DNA of 64,000 bases from Candidatus Poribacteria bacterium (GTDB lineage: Bacteria > Poribacteria > WGA-4E > UBA9662): positions 64,001 to 128,000 of the forward strand of contig JAYGDX010000280.1 of NCBI GenBank assembly GCA_046582655.1, in the 5' to 3' direction. The notes below the pieces were generated by a model, which was given only the letters and a program-made list of their open reading frames with translations, was not told where the DNA came from and did no database searches. The first letter of the stretch is position 1. Each line of letters begins with the position of its first letter. Shown here in pieces: positions 1 to 11,190 of this stretch. The position numbers and the translations under genes are program-made.

Positions 1-1410
1 ATGCAGTCGACGTGCGCCAATATCCTCGATAGATTCATTGACCTGAAAAGCTAACTCAGAAATACTCTTTATTGCATCATCCGTCATTTCAATCTTAATC
101 CCTTCTGTTTGCATCATCGCGATATATTGTTTTGTCAACGCGTTTTTAGGTTCGGTTAGAATACGTTTCAGATCTGATTGGTCTAGGCTTTTTAGTTCAA
201 CACGAATTGGGAATCGCCCCTGTAACTCGGGAATCATGTCCGAAGGTTTTGCTGAGTGAAATGCCCCTGCTGCAATAAAGAGGATATGGTCCGTCTTTAC
301 CATTCCGTGTTTAGTCATTACATTGCAGCCTTCAACAATCGGCAATATGTCGCGCTGGACTCCCTCACGAGAAACATCTGGACCGGATGCTGACGAAGAT
401 TCACGACCAGCAATCTTATCGATTTCATCCAGAAAAACAATACCTGAATTTTCGACTCGGCCAATTGCTTCACTGACAACTTTGTCCATATCAATTAGTT
501 TTTCAGCTTCTTCTTGAATCAGGATCTCGCGTGCTTCAGTAACAGTCACAAGTCGTTTTTTGGTCTGTTTCGGCATCATACTTCCGAAGACGTCTTTAAA
601 ATTGATGTCCATTTCTTCGATACCACTGGGAGAAAAGATCTCAATGAATGGCATCGTTCGGTTTTTTACGTCAATTTCGATCGGTTTATCTTCGAACTTG
701 CCATCTTTCAGCATCCGACGAAATTTCTCTCGCGTTCGAGAATACCTTTCGTGTTCTGGATTCGCCTTTATTTCCTGCTGACCTGAATCCAGCCTGGCAT
801 TTTCGTTTTGATTCTCTTCTTCTATCAGAAAATCACCGATCTGGATTTCAAATTGAATTTCGTCATCATTCTGATCCTCTTCTACAGATTGATCTTCTGT
901 TTCTACAGATTGATCTTCTGTTTTCTCCTCAACTTCCTCTTTTTTATCCGGGCGTGCGGGTGGCGGTGGTATCAGAAAATCCAGTATACGCTCTTCAACC
1001 AGTTCAATTGCCTTTTCTCTTACTGTTTCAGCCTGTTCGGCTTTTACCATGTTAATTGATAGATCGCTAAGATCACGGATCATTGATTCAACATCACGAC
1101 CAACATAACCAACTTCTGTGTACTTTGAGGCTTCGACCTTTATAAAAGGTGCATCGACCAACCGAGCTAACCTCCGAGCAATCTCTGTCTTTCCAACACC
1201 TGTTGATCCGATCATAATGATGTTTTTGGGAGCGACTTCATCTTGCATGTCGTCCTCTAGCATTTGACGACGTATTCGGTTACGAAGTGCAATTGCCACT
1301 GAACGCTTGGCTTCGTCCTGCCCGATAATATATTTATCTAATTCCTCAACGATTTGTTTGGGTGTAAGTGTTTCTAGTAACTTGTTCTGAGAAGGTGAAG
1401 GTTTACTCAT
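1..1410 (-). CDS. hslU: ATP-dependent protease ATPase subunit HslU (3' end runs off window)
   Basis: Manual minus-strand translation from ATG at 1410: [43 protein letters not shown] (Walker A), [73 protein letters not shown] at the window edge. Lies downstream of hslV. Absent from the ORF track because it has no stop in the window. Confidence 0.97.
   Translation of the reverse strand, partial: MSKPSPSQNKLLETLTPKQIVEELDKYIIGQDEAKRSVAIALRNRIRRQMLEDDMQDEVAPKNIIMIGSTGVGKTEIARRLARLVDAPFIKVEASKYTEVGYVGRDVESMIRDLSDLSINMVKAEQAETVREKAIELVEERILDFLIPPPPARPDKKEEVEEKTEDQSVETEDQSVEEDQNDDEIQFEIQIGDFLIEEENQNENARLDSGQQEIKANPEHERYSRTREKFRRMLKDGKFEDKPIEIDVKNRTMPFIEIFSPSGIEEMDINFKDVFGSMMPKQTKKRLVTVTEAREILIQEEAEKLIDMDKVVSEAIGRVENSGIVFLDEIDKIAGRESSSASGPDVSREGVQRDILPIVEGCNVMTKHGMVKTDHILFIAAGAFHSAKPSDMIPELQGRFPIRVELKSLDQSDLKRILTEPKNALTKQYIAMMQTEGIKIEMTDDAIKSISELAFQVNESIEDIGARRLH
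880..921. repeat. Perfect 21-bp tandem duplication inside hslU (TEDQSVE x2)
   Basis: TTCTACAGATTGATCTTCTGT at 880-900 and 901-921. Confidence 0.9.
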
Positions 1411-1446
1411 AACCTACACGAACCTCCAATTCACCTATGATTTGGG

Positions 1447-1977
1447 TTATTTTGTTAATTTTTCAATCTCAATCTGATTATTGGTATAGATGCAAATTTC
1501 ACTTGCAATCTTGAGCGATTCGGACACAATTTCAACTGCGCTCAATTCTGAATGTTGTATTAAAGATCTGGCTGAGGCTAGAGCAATATCCCCACCGGCT
1601 CCGATTGCCAAAACCCCATCATCTGGCATAATGAGATCCCCATTACCGGAAATTAAATAGGAAGTATCAGCATCAGCGGCGATCATCAAAGCCTCCATAC
1701 GTCTGAGGATACGATCTGTCCGCCATTCCTTGGCAAGTTCATGCGCTGCTCTTTGAAGATGCCTGTGCTGCTCTAGTTTATTTTCTAGCATTTCGTATAG
1801 TGTAAGTCCATCCGCAGCTGACCCTGCAAAACCAATCAGCACACGATCGTCGTAGATTTTTCGGATTTTTTTAGCTCTATGTTTAACGATAGTATCACCG
1901 AGCGTTACTTGCCCGTCACCACCAATAGCAACATCACCATTTCTTCTAACGGTGATAATTGTTGTTGATTTAATCAT
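1447..1977 (-). CDS. hslV: ATP-dependent protease subunit HslV
   Basis: [12 protein letters not shown] (N-terminal Thr nucleophile), [38 protein letters not shown]. Start moved to ATG 1977. Confidence 0.96.
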   Translation of the reverse strand: MIKSTTIITVRRNGDVAIGGDGQVTLGDTIVKHRAKKIRKIYDDRVLIGFAGSAADGLTLYEMLENKLEQHRHLQRAAHELAKEWRTDRILRRMEALMIAADADTSYLISGNGDLIMPDDGVLAIGAGGDIALASARSLIQHSELSAVEIVSESLKIASEICIYTNNQIEIEKLTK

Positions 1978-2005
1978 CTTCTTCCTTCTGTATGATCTCT
2001 TTATT

Positions 2006-2740
2006 CTAGCGTCCAATGCCTAATCGATCAGCATGCCAACTTGGAAGCCCTTCTTTACGGATTTGGTCCTGCGCGCTACGAATATCGTACTCAATTCGTT
2101 TCCAGTAGATCACTTTTTCATCGGTATCAAGAATTGCGATACTTGCACGTGAGTCGAGGTCTCGCGGTTGACCAACTGCTCCAGGGTTGATCAGGTACCG
2201 CTTTTTCTTTGAAAGAGGATAGTAAAAATCACTCTCTGGATAAAGTGTTGAAACTTTAGTGTCGATCGAATGCATCACCGCAATATGCGTGCGTGCAAAC
2301 AGAGTAATCCAATTCTTGAATTTCCGAAATTCCCTTTTTACATCTCTTCGGCTTAAGATGTAAAAATCTTTGCTATGAGGGCTACCGTGCGTAATCTCAA
2401 TACCGTCTTCAATCTTCATCAATCCGTTATTAAATGTGCCTAAGTATTCTTTGTTGCCGGACGTAACCTGTTGTCGAGTCCATAAAATGCTGTAGCGTGC
2501 ATGCGTCTGGAAATCGATTGCCGGCGCGTTATCAACAACAATCCGATCATGGGTTCCACAAACCGCAACGTGCAATTTGATCGTTCTCAATAATTCAATA
2601 GTTTCATTCGGTTGTGCACCATACCCAACAAGATCCCCCAAAAAAAGGGATTGATCAACCCTTTCTTGCTTTAGTACAGATAAAATGGCTTTTAAGGCCT
2701 CAAGATTCGCGTGAACATCAGCAAAAACGAAGTAACGCAT
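2006..2740 (-). CDS. Calcineurin-like metallophosphoesterase family protein with degenerate motifs
   Basis: [28 protein letters not shown]. The usual GNHD reads GTHD and the usual GHTH reads ARTH. Confidence 0.85.
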   Translation of the reverse strand: MRYFVFADVHANLEALKAILSVLKQERVDQSLFLGDLVGYGAQPNETIELLRTIKLHVAVCGTHDRIVVDNAPAIDFQTHARYSILWTRQQVTSGNKEYLGTFNNGLMKIEDGIEITHGSPHSKDFYILSRRDVKREFRKFKNWITLFARTHIAVMHSIDTKVSTLYPESDFYYPLSKKKRYLINPGAVGQPRDLDSRASIAILDTDEKVIYWKRIEYDIRSAQDQIRKEGLPSWHADRLGIGR

Positions 2741-3070
2741 GGAATCCCCAACTTCAGATGCAATCTATTTCCTACTGTCAAATTTAACTTTTTGGTTACG
2801 AATGAATGGAAAATGTCATTCAAGTATCAGATTTGATTTGGAAATAGTATGAAGGCAAACAACGTTGATCTTCAGCAGTTGGGACAAATTGATGTTCTAA
2901 CATTTATCGAGTAGACTTTAGACTCTTTGCAAACAAAATTAAATGGTGATTCCTTACAATAAACAAATTCACGCTAGATTAAGTATCACCAACATGTTGA
3001 TAGATTAGAGCCATGTACCATTGATTGGTTAAAAAATATACCTTGCTGTACTTTCGTATAGACAGACTTG

Positions 3071-3099
3071 ATTATATCAGAACGCTTTAACAGTCGCAA
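3071..3099 (-). promoter_or_regulatory. sigma70-type promoter for the metallophosphoesterase-hslV-hslU operon
   Basis: Minus strand TTGCGA-17 nt-TATAAT with extended -10 TG. Confidence 0.55.
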
Positions 3100-3110
3100 G
3101 TAGAAAGTAA

Positions 3111-4094
3111 CTAAGAACCCGACTGAAAATTTGCAATCATTTTACCGTCTGTTAGATCCCAAATCCGTATTATACCATCACGTCCTCCACTAACGAGAAA
3201 ACGGCCTTCAATACTGAGATTGACTGCGTAAACTTCATCGTCTGGTTGATTGAATTCAAAGAGTTTATTACCCGATTGAAAATCCCAGACAATAACCGAG
3301 TGATCAGCACTTCCTGAAACAATGATTACTTGGCCATTAAAAACCCCGCAGTCAACTGCGTAAACCGGACCATTGTGCTCATAATAAACACGGTTCAGTA
3401 TCCCACGTATACCACGATCTGATTCGATGATCCGCCAAGAACGAACAACATGATCCGTTGAACCGGAAACGATTAGGTTATCAGGACCAAATCGGACGGT
3501 ATTCACTGCACCATCATTTTGATCAAAGCTGACTACCACAAGGTATGTTTCGGCAGACCAGATCTTGATGGTCTTGTCTGCCCCAGCAGTTGCAAAGTAT
3601 TTGCCATCGTGACGAAAGTCTGCGGCTAAAACCCGATCAACATGCTGCGTTAAGATTTGCTTTTCTCCATTGAACGAAATGTTCGTTAGTATTACTGTTT
3701 TGTCCATACTGGCGGTTACAATCTTTTCGCCAGATGGGCTAACTGAGATGGCTTCAATCGTGTCTGCATGGATTTGAATATTTTGATATGGTTCAGAGTC
3801 ATCGTCCAATAACCAAAACTTCAACTCACCAAATCTGCTTGGCGATCCACCAGCGGCAACAACACGATCCCCTCCATTTAAAAACATCACCGATCTTACC
3901 GCATCGGCGTGATCTTCAAAGGTCTTCACAGTTTGTCGCGTTTGCAAATCCCAAATTTCTAACCACTGATAGGTGCCAACAGCAAGCAACTTGCCATCAG
4001 GACTAAAATCAACGGACTAGATCGGAGAAACCGGAGCGCTTACACAAATGCCGCTTAAAAAAAGAAAAAGTATAATTGTAATTCTTATCTTCAT
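3111..4094 (-). pseudogene. Secreted WD40-repeat beta-propeller protein interrupted by an in-frame TAG at codon 26 (4017-4019)
   Basis: ATG 4094 gives signal-peptide-like MKIRITIILFLFLSGICVSAPVSPI*SVDFSPDGKLLAVG, in frame with ORF 3111-3989, which has multiple WD repeats (H...V..V.F.....SGS.D..V..WD). Confidence 0.75.
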
Positions 4095-4274
4095 TTTGTT
4101 TTAACTTTATTGTTTTCAACTGTATTGGAAATTATAGTCTCGTATTGTGCTAGTTTCGCCAAAGGTGTCAAACTGTGAACCAAGTTATCTTTATCGTTTC
4201 AAAACCTGTAGATTTGTGCTACAATTTTTTATTATAACATATAACAACTGTTCATCAAGATTGCTGATTTTTAG

Positions 4275-5375
4275 ATGATTTATTACCTGTTTTTTGAGTC
4301 TTTGCGAGAATATTTCCCACTATTTAATGTCTTCCGTTATATTAGTTTTCGGGCAATTTACGCCACAATTACTGCTCTTGTTATTTCACTCGTTTTCGGT
4401 CCGTTTGTTATTGGCAAACTACAGCAATTAGAGATTAAGCAGTTTATTCGTGATGATGGTCCTGAAACGCACCAAGACAAAGCTGGTACGCCTACAATGG
4501 GAGGCATGCTGATTCTAGCGTCAGTGCTAATATCGGTATTGTTGTGGGCACGCCTGAATCAACCTGCAATTATTGTACTAATCCTCAGCGTTTCTTGGTT
4601 TGGATTACTTGGTTTTATCGATGATTATCAGAAGATTACAAGGCAGCAATCTTTTGGCCTCAGTGTAAAACAGAAGATTCTGTTACAGTCTCTCGGTGCG
4701 CTGGCAATATCAATTTATCTTTATTACACTGATAGTTTATCAAGTAATGGAACTTCTAACACTGCTCTTATATTTCCGTTTTTCAAAAATTTTCGGCCGG
4801 ATATCGGGATTCTGTTCATACCATTTGCCTCGATTGTTATTGTTGGGGCATCGAACGCTGTCAACTTAACAGATGGACTGGATGGTTTAGCAATCGGATG
4901 CGTCATTTTTGTGGCTGCAACCTTTGGAGTGCTTGGCTATTTGACAAGCCATCAAAGGTTGGCAGATTACCTTGATATTGCACATCTTCCGGAAAATGGG
5001 GAAGCGGCAACGATCTTTTGTTCGGCACTTATTGGCTCTGGGCTTGGTTTTCTATGGTACAATTGCCATCCCGCACAAATTTTTATGGGAGATACGGGTT
5101 CACTGGCACTTGGTGGTGTAATTGGTACTATTGCTCTGTTGGTTAAACAAGAGATTTTGCTTGTTATCGCTGGCGGGATATTTGTCGTCGAAGCAATGTC
5201 GGTTATTTTACAAGTTGGCTCATTCAGAATCCGCGGAAAGAGAATTTTTAAAATGGCTCCGTTACATCACCACTTCGAGCAGGTTGGTTGGAAGGAAACA
5301 AAAGTTGTCAACAGATTTTGGATTATCGCACTCATTTTGATGTTAATTGCACTAAGTACGCTGAAAATCAGATAG
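4275..5375 (+). CDS. mraY: Phospho-N-acetylmuramoyl-pentapeptide transferase
   Basis: KAGTPTMGG, GFIDDY, SNAVNLTDGLDGLA, FMGDTGSLALG, MAPLHHHFE. Confidence 0.98.
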   Translation: MIYYLFFESLREYFPLFNVFRYISFRAIYATITALVISLVFGPFVIGKLQQLEIKQFIRDDGPETHQDKAGTPTMGGMLILASVLISVLLWARLNQPAIIVLILSVSWFGLLGFIDDYQKITRQQSFGLSVKQKILLQSLGALAISIYLYYTDSLSSNGTSNTALIFPFFKNFRPDIGILFIPFASIVIVGASNAVNLTDGLDGLAIGCVIFVAATFGVLGYLTSHQRLADYLDIAHLPENGEAATIFCSALIGSGLGFLWYNCHPAQIFMGDTGSLALGGVIGTIALLVKQEILLVIAGGIFVVEAMSVILQVGSFRIRGKRIFKMAPLHHHFEQVGWKETKVVNRFWIIALILMLIALSTLKIR

Positions 5376-5410
5376 AAAATAAGATCTTGAATCAAATCTA
5401 GGAGGGAATT

Positions 5411-6484
5411 GTGGCGATTCCGGTGATTCATGTTGGATGTACAAATTTTGCGCATGGAAGGTTACAAGCGTTGGTCAATTGTGATGGACTATATCCTGCT
5501 GCTTGTGTAGACATAGATCTAGATGCTGCACGAGAGGGTATCAAGAGTCTGGACGGTGATGTGCCTGATGGGCTTGCGGATCGGATTTATCCGTCTATTA
5601 CTGAAGCTTCTCAGAACCATAAAGCGCAGGCATGTTTGATTTATGCATCAACAACTGCCCATGTCGAGCTGGTGGTTGAAAGCCTTGGTCTTGGCTTACA
5701 TACGCTTTGTGTTAAGCCAATTGTGACAGATCAGTCTGAGTTTCGTGAGATCATGGAAGCCCACAAAAGAAATCCGAAGCTTGTGTTGGTTCAAGGCCAG
5801 AATAAACGGTGGAACCCAGCCGCTGCCAAAATGCGTGAATGGTTGTTTGAAGAAAATGGAATTGGCGAAATGCTTGGTGGCGAATGCCGCTTTTGGATCC
5901 GGCAAAATCTGCACACAGGACCTCACTCCCGTCAGCCTGATGCGTTCGTAGAAGGCTTGTTCTTTCATGCTGGTACCAGCCATCAACTTGACCAGTTAGT
6001 GGCTGCTAAGGGAACACCTAAGTATGTTATGGCTCGGGCACATAGACGGGTAGATTATGAATTGGGTCAAACCGGTGTCTGGGGAACTGCGGGTGGTCAA
6101 GCGCTACTGGAATATGAAAATGGTGCGTGTATCAGTTATACTGGCACACGGGCCTCGCATGCCAGAACACCATTTGGTTGGAGTGGCAGCTGGACATTTC
6201 ACGGTACTAACGGAGACATTCGTCGAGATAGCGGTCACCTTCAGCTTTTCCGAGAAGGCGAATGTATTGAGGACCTGGAACTTCAAGATCTGCATCCGGG
6301 GCTCATTGAAGACGATCGGATCCAATTTGACGCGTTTGCCCAAGCAATATCAACAGGCAAAGATCGGTATTGGATTCAGGAGACATCACTCGGTACATGG
6401 CTAACTATGGAAGCGTGTAACGCCTCCGCTCGAGGACATGAACGAATCGATCTGGATGAGCTGCGCTCAAGCCTGATTGACTAA
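5411..6484 (+). CDS. Gfo/Idh/MocA family oxidoreductase
   Basis: N-terminal Rossmann-like segment, H..L....L..G.H.LCVKP, GQNKRWNP, HQLDQL. Confidence 0.75.
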   Translation: MAIPVIHVGCTNFAHGRLQALVNCDGLYPAACVDIDLDAAREGIKSLDGDVPDGLADRIYPSITEASQNHKAQACLIYASTTAHVELVVESLGLGLHTLCVKPIVTDQSEFREIMEAHKRNPKLVLVQGQNKRWNPAAAKMREWLFEENGIGEMLGGECRFWIRQNLHTGPHSRQPDAFVEGLFFHAGTSHQLDQLVAAKGTPKYVMARAHRRVDYELGQTGVWGTAGGQALLEYENGACISYTGTRASHARTPFGWSGSWTFHGTNGDIRRDSGHLQLFREGECIEDLELQDLHPGLIEDDRIQFDAFAQAISTGKDRYWIQETSLGTWLTMEACNASARGHERIDLDELRSSLID

Positions 6485-7079
6485 GAAATTAATGGTAAGT
6501 CACATTTTGGGTGGGAAAATTTCGAATATTGTTCTTGCTTCTGCTTCGCCACGCAGGGCGCAATTGCTACGCCAAATTGGACTGGAATTCCAGATTCTGC
6601 CAAGTCAGATTAATGAACCAAGCATTGGGAGTCAACCTGTCGACACCACGAAACATATCGCTTATGAAAAAGCAAAGGCCGTTGTTGATCAGGTAGAATC
6701 TGGGCTTATTATTGGCGCTGATACTACGGTAGTTATGGATCAGGAGGCATTTGGCAAACCCTCCAGCTGTCAGCAGGCGGTTGAGTTTCTGAAAAAACTC
6801 AGCGGAAACCTTCATCACGTAATTACTGGTGTCGCTTTGATAGATCTCAATCGAAAAACTGAAGTTATATGGTCTGAGACAACTTCAGTTTTTTTTCGTC
6901 GGTTGCGAAGTGAAGAAATAAAAGCGTATGTAGCAAGCGGTGAAGCAAATGACAAAGCAGGTGCCTATGGGATTCAAGGGAAAGCTGCTGCTTTTGTTGA
7001 AAGAATAGAAGGTTGTTACTTCAACGTAGTCGGGTTGCCCCTAGCTAGTTTAACTGAGAAATTATACCAGATTCGCTAG
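6477..7079 (+). CDS. maf: Maf family nucleoside triphosphate pyrophosphatase (YhdE-like)
   Basis: IVLASASPRRAQLL, IIGADTTV, GKP, DKAGAYGIQG, GCYFNVVGLP. Confidence 0.93.
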   Translation: MTKKLMVSHILGGKISNIVLASASPRRAQLLRQIGLEFQILPSQINEPSIGSQPVDTTKHIAYEKAKAVVDQVESGLIIGADTTVVMDQEAFGKPSSCQQAVEFLKKLSGNLHHVITGVALIDLNRKTEVIWSETTSVFFRRLRSEEIKAYVASGEANDKAGAYGIQGKAAAFVERIEGCYFNVVGLPLASLTEKLYQIR

Positions 7080-7088
7080 ACGTAATTC

Positions 7089-9032
7089 TTACAGTCTCTC
7101 ATCCTTAACCTTGATTTGTTGACGCATGGTATTATACCAATTGTTGTAGGTAGTACTCTTCTTAGATTGAAGCAGGGATTTTCGAACTTTAGCTTGTCCA
7201 GCGACTTCATTTTCTAGCTTATCCATCTCCGGTTCTTCAATCTCTGTCAGCTGAATGATAAAACAATCACTATTTCCTTGTATTGGACTGTGAATCTCGC
7301 TTGCCTCCATTTGAAAGGCGCTAAACATGGCTTCGCTTGAGGATCCCATGTTTGAGATATAATCGCTGGTGGCGGAAAGTGCAAATAACCCGCTCTCTTT
7401 GACCTCCAGTTGTTGCCGTGATACGCCTTCAGGAGCTGTGTACTTACCTGCTAGATCTTCAAGGGATTCACCGTCAGTCAGTTGATTAAACAGTTTTTGG
7501 GCATCTTCCAGTGCCAGTTGTTTTGCTTTCTCAGTTTTTAAATCATCAATGATTTTATCCTTAACATCTTCGAAGGAAGGAATACCGGCGATTTTCTTAT
7601 CGGTAACTGTAGCGACGAAATAGGTTTCAATGTCTCCAGTACTCTTTTTTATTTCAATCAGATCAACACTGTCGACTTCCACATCAAAAACCTTGTCCAA
7701 CAGGTCGCCGTAAGTCCATTTTGATCCGATATTTGGGATTGTGCTGTCATCCTCGGTAAAAAATCCTGTTTCTTCTACTACTAGCTTTAACTCAGCGTAT
7801 ATCGCATTTTTAACCGCTTCATTGTAACCATCCATATCAACGTCGAATTCGAGTTCCTCTGCTAGCTGTCTTGCCTCTACACTTCCTTTGATCTTGATTA
7901 GTTTGTCTTTGATATCTTTTTTTACTTCGATGAAAGTTTGTGGTTGGCTTTTTTTATCCTCAAGTTTAATAATATGATAACCAAACTTTGATTCCACCAA
8001 ATCACTTACCTCACCAACTTCGAGTTCATCAAAGCATGCGCTTTCAAACGGCGGCACCATTTTTCCACGTTCAAAATAACCAAGTGAGCCACCATTCGGC
8101 CCTGAAGGCCCTTCGGAATGCTCTTTGGCCAGATCAGCGAAATCCCTGTCTTCATCGATTGCTTTTTTGACAGTTTTTAGTAGTTCTTCCGCTTCTCTTT
8201 TGATTTCTGATTTCTTGTTATCATCAGCGTCATCCGGAAATTTTTTAAGGATATGGCTAGCTTTAACCGAGGTGATTTCTGAATACCGGTCTATGTTGTC
8301 ATCATAATATGTTCTAACGTCATCGTCTGAGACAAAATCCTGCGAGGAAATCTTAAGGAATTTCAGATTGATTTGATCTCTCTGCCGGTATTTTTCGGCA
8401 TTCTGGTTGAAATATGTTTTGGCCTCCTCATCGGCTACTTCCGTTGCATTGTTATAATCGGAATTCCGGAACTGAATAAACTTTAGCTTTGCCTTTCGGT
8501 TCTGGCGACGGTACTCGTTTTCGACCTCCAAGTTTGTTACCAATTCCAGACCTTGAATCTTCTCCCTTAACTTAGAATTGCTCAGCTGAATCCGAATCTC
8601 ATCACGGTATAGGGCTCCAACCCCCTGACCTGCATAAAGATTGTACGTCGATAGCCAACTTGAATCATTTTGAATATGACGTTCTACTACCGCGTCATCA
8701 AGCTTGATATTTTGGCGCAACACTTCCCTCATCACAAGTTGATCAATAACCTGATTTTCTATTGTTTCTCTGTCAAGTTGTGAACTACTTTGGTTCTGCT
8801 GTTCCTGATAGCGGGTGGCATTTGAAACGAAGTCCTCGAAACTCCGTCGCGTAATTTCTGTGTCACCAATTTTGAGTACGGTTTCTTCTCCTAAATTACC
8901 TGTTCGTCCGAATAACGCATCTAGAACGTTGAAGTTGCCTTCGATAAGTAATACCGTACCCCCAAGGAAGAGGATGGTAACTACTCCTATCATAATTTGG
9001 GCAATACCCTTTTGCCTAAGAAAAACAATCAT
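7089..9032 (-). CDS. PpiD/SurA-type periplasmic chaperone with parvulin PPIase domain
   Basis: N-terminal TM anchor, SurA-N-like helical region, parvulin motifs VKASHIL, FADLAKEHSE, GGSLGYFERGKMVPPFE, ESKFGYHIIKL. Confidence 0.88.
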   Translation of the reverse strand: MIVFLRQKGIAQIMIGVVTILFLGGTVLLIEGNFNVLDALFGRTGNLGEETVLKIGDTEITRRSFEDFVSNATRYQEQQNQSSSQLDRETIENQVIDQLVMREVLRQNIKLDDAVVERHIQNDSSWLSTYNLYAGQGVGALYRDEIRIQLSNSKLREKIQGLELVTNLEVENEYRRQNRKAKLKFIQFRNSDYNNATEVADEEAKTYFNQNAEKYRQRDQINLKFLKISSQDFVSDDDVRTYYDDNIDRYSEITSVKASHILKKFPDDADDNKKSEIKREAEELLKTVKKAIDEDRDFADLAKEHSEGPSGPNGGSLGYFERGKMVPPFESACFDELEVGEVSDLVESKFGYHIIKLEDKKSQPQTFIEVKKDIKDKLIKIKGSVEARQLAEELEFDVDMDGYNEAVKNAIYAELKLVVEETGFFTEDDSTIPNIGSKWTYGDLLDKVFDVEVDSVDLIEIKKSTGDIETYFVATVTDKKIAGIPSFEDVKDKIIDDLKTEKAKQLALEDAQKLFNQLTDGESLEDLAGKYTAPEGVSRQQLEVKESGLFALSATSDYISNMGSSSEAMFSAFQMEASEIHSPIQGNSDCFIIQLTEIEEPEMDKLENEVAGQAKVRKSLLQSKKSTTYNNWYNTMRQQIKVKDERL

Positions 9033-9204
9033 TTAAATTTTGCTCCTATTGGCATTGTCTTGAGACTTACTTTCAAATTACTCGATAAATTCCGGTTTTA
9101 GCTAGATGGAAATTCTGAATAAACTAATTTGAATCAGCAGAGAAAATCAGAATAACACGTGTATGAATTAAGCAGATTAATTCACTCAACAAATCAGATA
9201 CGCT

Positions 9205-9234
9205 ATGATAGCATTAAGGAATTGGGATTTTCAA
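9205..9234 (-). promoter_or_regulatory. Putative sigma70-type promoter of the PPIase gene
   Basis: Minus strand TTGAAA-18 nt-TATCAT with extended -10 TG. Confidence 0.35.
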
Positions 9235-9847
9235 CTCAAAACATTAGTCCTAATCCAATCAAATCATAATACTTTTACTCTATGTTCAGGTGGTGGTCAA
9301 ACTCATTTTTTTATGCCATAGTTGTCGAATTTATCTTACCTTCTGATGAAAACTCTAAGTAATTTAATCTGCAAATGAGATGCTTTCAGTCCAAGCATAC
9401 TTGAATCTCATTATTCAGGGTGTGGTAACGATTTTCATCCAAAACAGAGTTGGCAGCAAATATCGTGAATCGTAGGTGTTACATGAGCTGATGTGATTGA
9501 CGTATTCGCAATCCCAAATGACGAACTGACCTTGGTGAACACCGTAGTGGTTGATGGTAATTTCGTGTTTGACCATGAAACTACCTTATGTTATTTTACT
9601 TTGGTGCGGGGAGTGTTCAGATTGAGTGTCTATAAATTGCTTGGATCCAGTCAAAATCGACATAACTAGGTATTTTTAGGCTATTAAAATATGAAGAGGT
9701 ATAATGAATCCCATTGGGAATGATTGTAGTGATTCCTTATTGGCGTTAAGCAATATATTTTGATTTTATAGTTAATGAGCAAAGACGTAATGTTGTTAAA
9801 TAGGTGTTACACTAAGCGTATAATCAGTAAACATAAAAGGGGTTGGA

Positions 9848-10792
9848 ATGAAAATCGTAGTTTATGGTCATCTAGCAGAGGATCTGCAACAGATGATTCG
9901 GGAAGCCATGGATGGTAATACCGCGATCTTTCTAGAATCTGAAGAAGCCTTGAGGAAAGAGGGGGCCGACGCAGAAATTTTCTATGGATTTTGTCACGAA
10001 AGGATCTTTCAATTTCTACCTAGTCTCAAGTGGATTCAGTCCTCCAGTGCAGGAATGGATGGACATCTGTATCCTGCTCTCCGAGATAGTGGAGTCCTAT
10101 TGACCAATGCGGCGGGACTATACGGTTCTCACGTGGCCGATCAAGGATTTGCTTTGTTACTTAGCTTAACACGTGGTATACATCATTTTGTTCGTAATCA
10201 AGATCAGAAGATATGGGGTGGTAGTAAATCCTCGATGATTGAGATTGGTGGTTTCACCATTGGCATTGTTGGTATGGGCGGAATAGGGCAGTATATGGCT
10301 AATCGTGCCAAAGGTTTTGATATGTACGTTATTTCCGTCGATGCCTATCGAAAAGATAAACCGGACGTGGTCGACGAACTGATGCCGATAGAGCAACTAC
10401 CTGATTTGATGCACAGATCGGATGTAGTAATGATTGCTTGTCCTTTGACAGACGAGACCCGCAGCTTGATAAATGCAGAAAATCTGTCTCAAATGAAACC
10501 TACGGCTTATTTGATCAATGTTGCTCGCGGACCAATTGTCGACGAATTGGCACTTATCGATGTTCTGCAACGGGGAAAAATTGCCGGCGCTGGTTTAGAT
10601 GTCACTGAGATTGAACCGCTTTCTCAGGAAAGTCCATTATGGGAACTGGATAATGTGATTATCACGCCGCATGCCGCTGGCGGTTCGCAACATCGACCTC
10701 GTCGGACAGTTGAGTTCTTTTGCCAGAACTTAAGACGGTATTTTAACAAAGAACCCTTGCAGAACTTAGTTGACAAAAGACTGGGATTCTAA
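9848..10792 (+). CDS. D-2-hydroxyacid dehydrogenase family protein
   Basis: GIVGMGGIG, LINVARG, AGLDV..EPL, ITPHAAG. Confidence 0.92.
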   Translation: MKIVVYGHLAEDLQQMIREAMDGNTAIFLESEEALRKEGADAEIFYGFCHERIFQFLPSLKWIQSSSAGMDGHLYPALRDSGVLLTNAAGLYGSHVADQGFALLLSLTRGIHHFVRNQDQKIWGGSKSSMIEIGGFTIGIVGMGGIGQYMANRAKGFDMYVISVDAYRKDKPDVVDELMPIEQLPDLMHRSDVVMIACPLTDETRSLINAENLSQMKPTAYLINVARGPIVDELALIDVLQRGKIAGAGLDVTEIEPLSQESPLWELDNVIITPHAAGGSQHRPRRTVEFFCQNLRRYFNKEPLQNLVDKRLGF

Positions 10793-10932
10793 ATGCATTG
10801 ATAACTTCTTCTTTTCCGTTTCCCTTTAATTACTTTCCATTAGAATCTATTTAAAGTGTTATAGGTGATAATTTTCGGATGGGGAGTTAGAAATTGATAC
10901 CATCATACAGTTCATCAATACGTAGAGGATAA

Positions 10933-11190
10933 GAACCTGTTTGGGAAAAGTAAGGAGTTGAAATAGTAAGAAGTTGCATGTGACATTTATGGAGAGAAAA
11001 AGCCTGGGTCAACCATGGAACAGAAGAATGGTAACACCGATTTGACAGATCGACAATGGCAATGTCTGTAGCCCTATCTGCCAAGTTCCGACCTACGAGG
11101 AGCCCCTCTGGTCCGATGGGATCAATGGCTGATTCTCAATACCATCTGCTACCTGGTTACTACTGGTAGATGCAGCCCAAGGATTTTCAT
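10933..11190 (+). mobile_element. Degenerate IS5-family transposase remnant (N-terminal part)
   Basis: From ATG 11015: MEQKNGNTDLTDRQWQCL*PYLP...ILNTICYLVTTG, then PKDF out of frame. Matches the IS5 pattern DLTDxQW..I.P.LP..LNAIFYVLRTGC.WR.LPxDF. A candidate terminal IR GAACCTGTTT lies at 10933. Confidence 0.65.

Noticed and set aside
323..1059. Plus-strand ORFs at 323-1059
   Set aside because: Antisense shadows of hslU
4017..4019. Genome-wide TAG recoding or pyrrolysine
   Set aside because: TAG terminates several conserved genes at their expected ends; no pyl genes in the window
9480..9600. Fragment ADVIDVFAIPNDELTLVNTVVVDGNFVFD resembling an amidohydrolase C-terminus
   Set aside because: Too short, with no start or supporting motifs; at most a decayed relic
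10887..11084. 65-aa minus-strand ORF
   Set aside because: Antisense to the IS5 relic; no recognisable features
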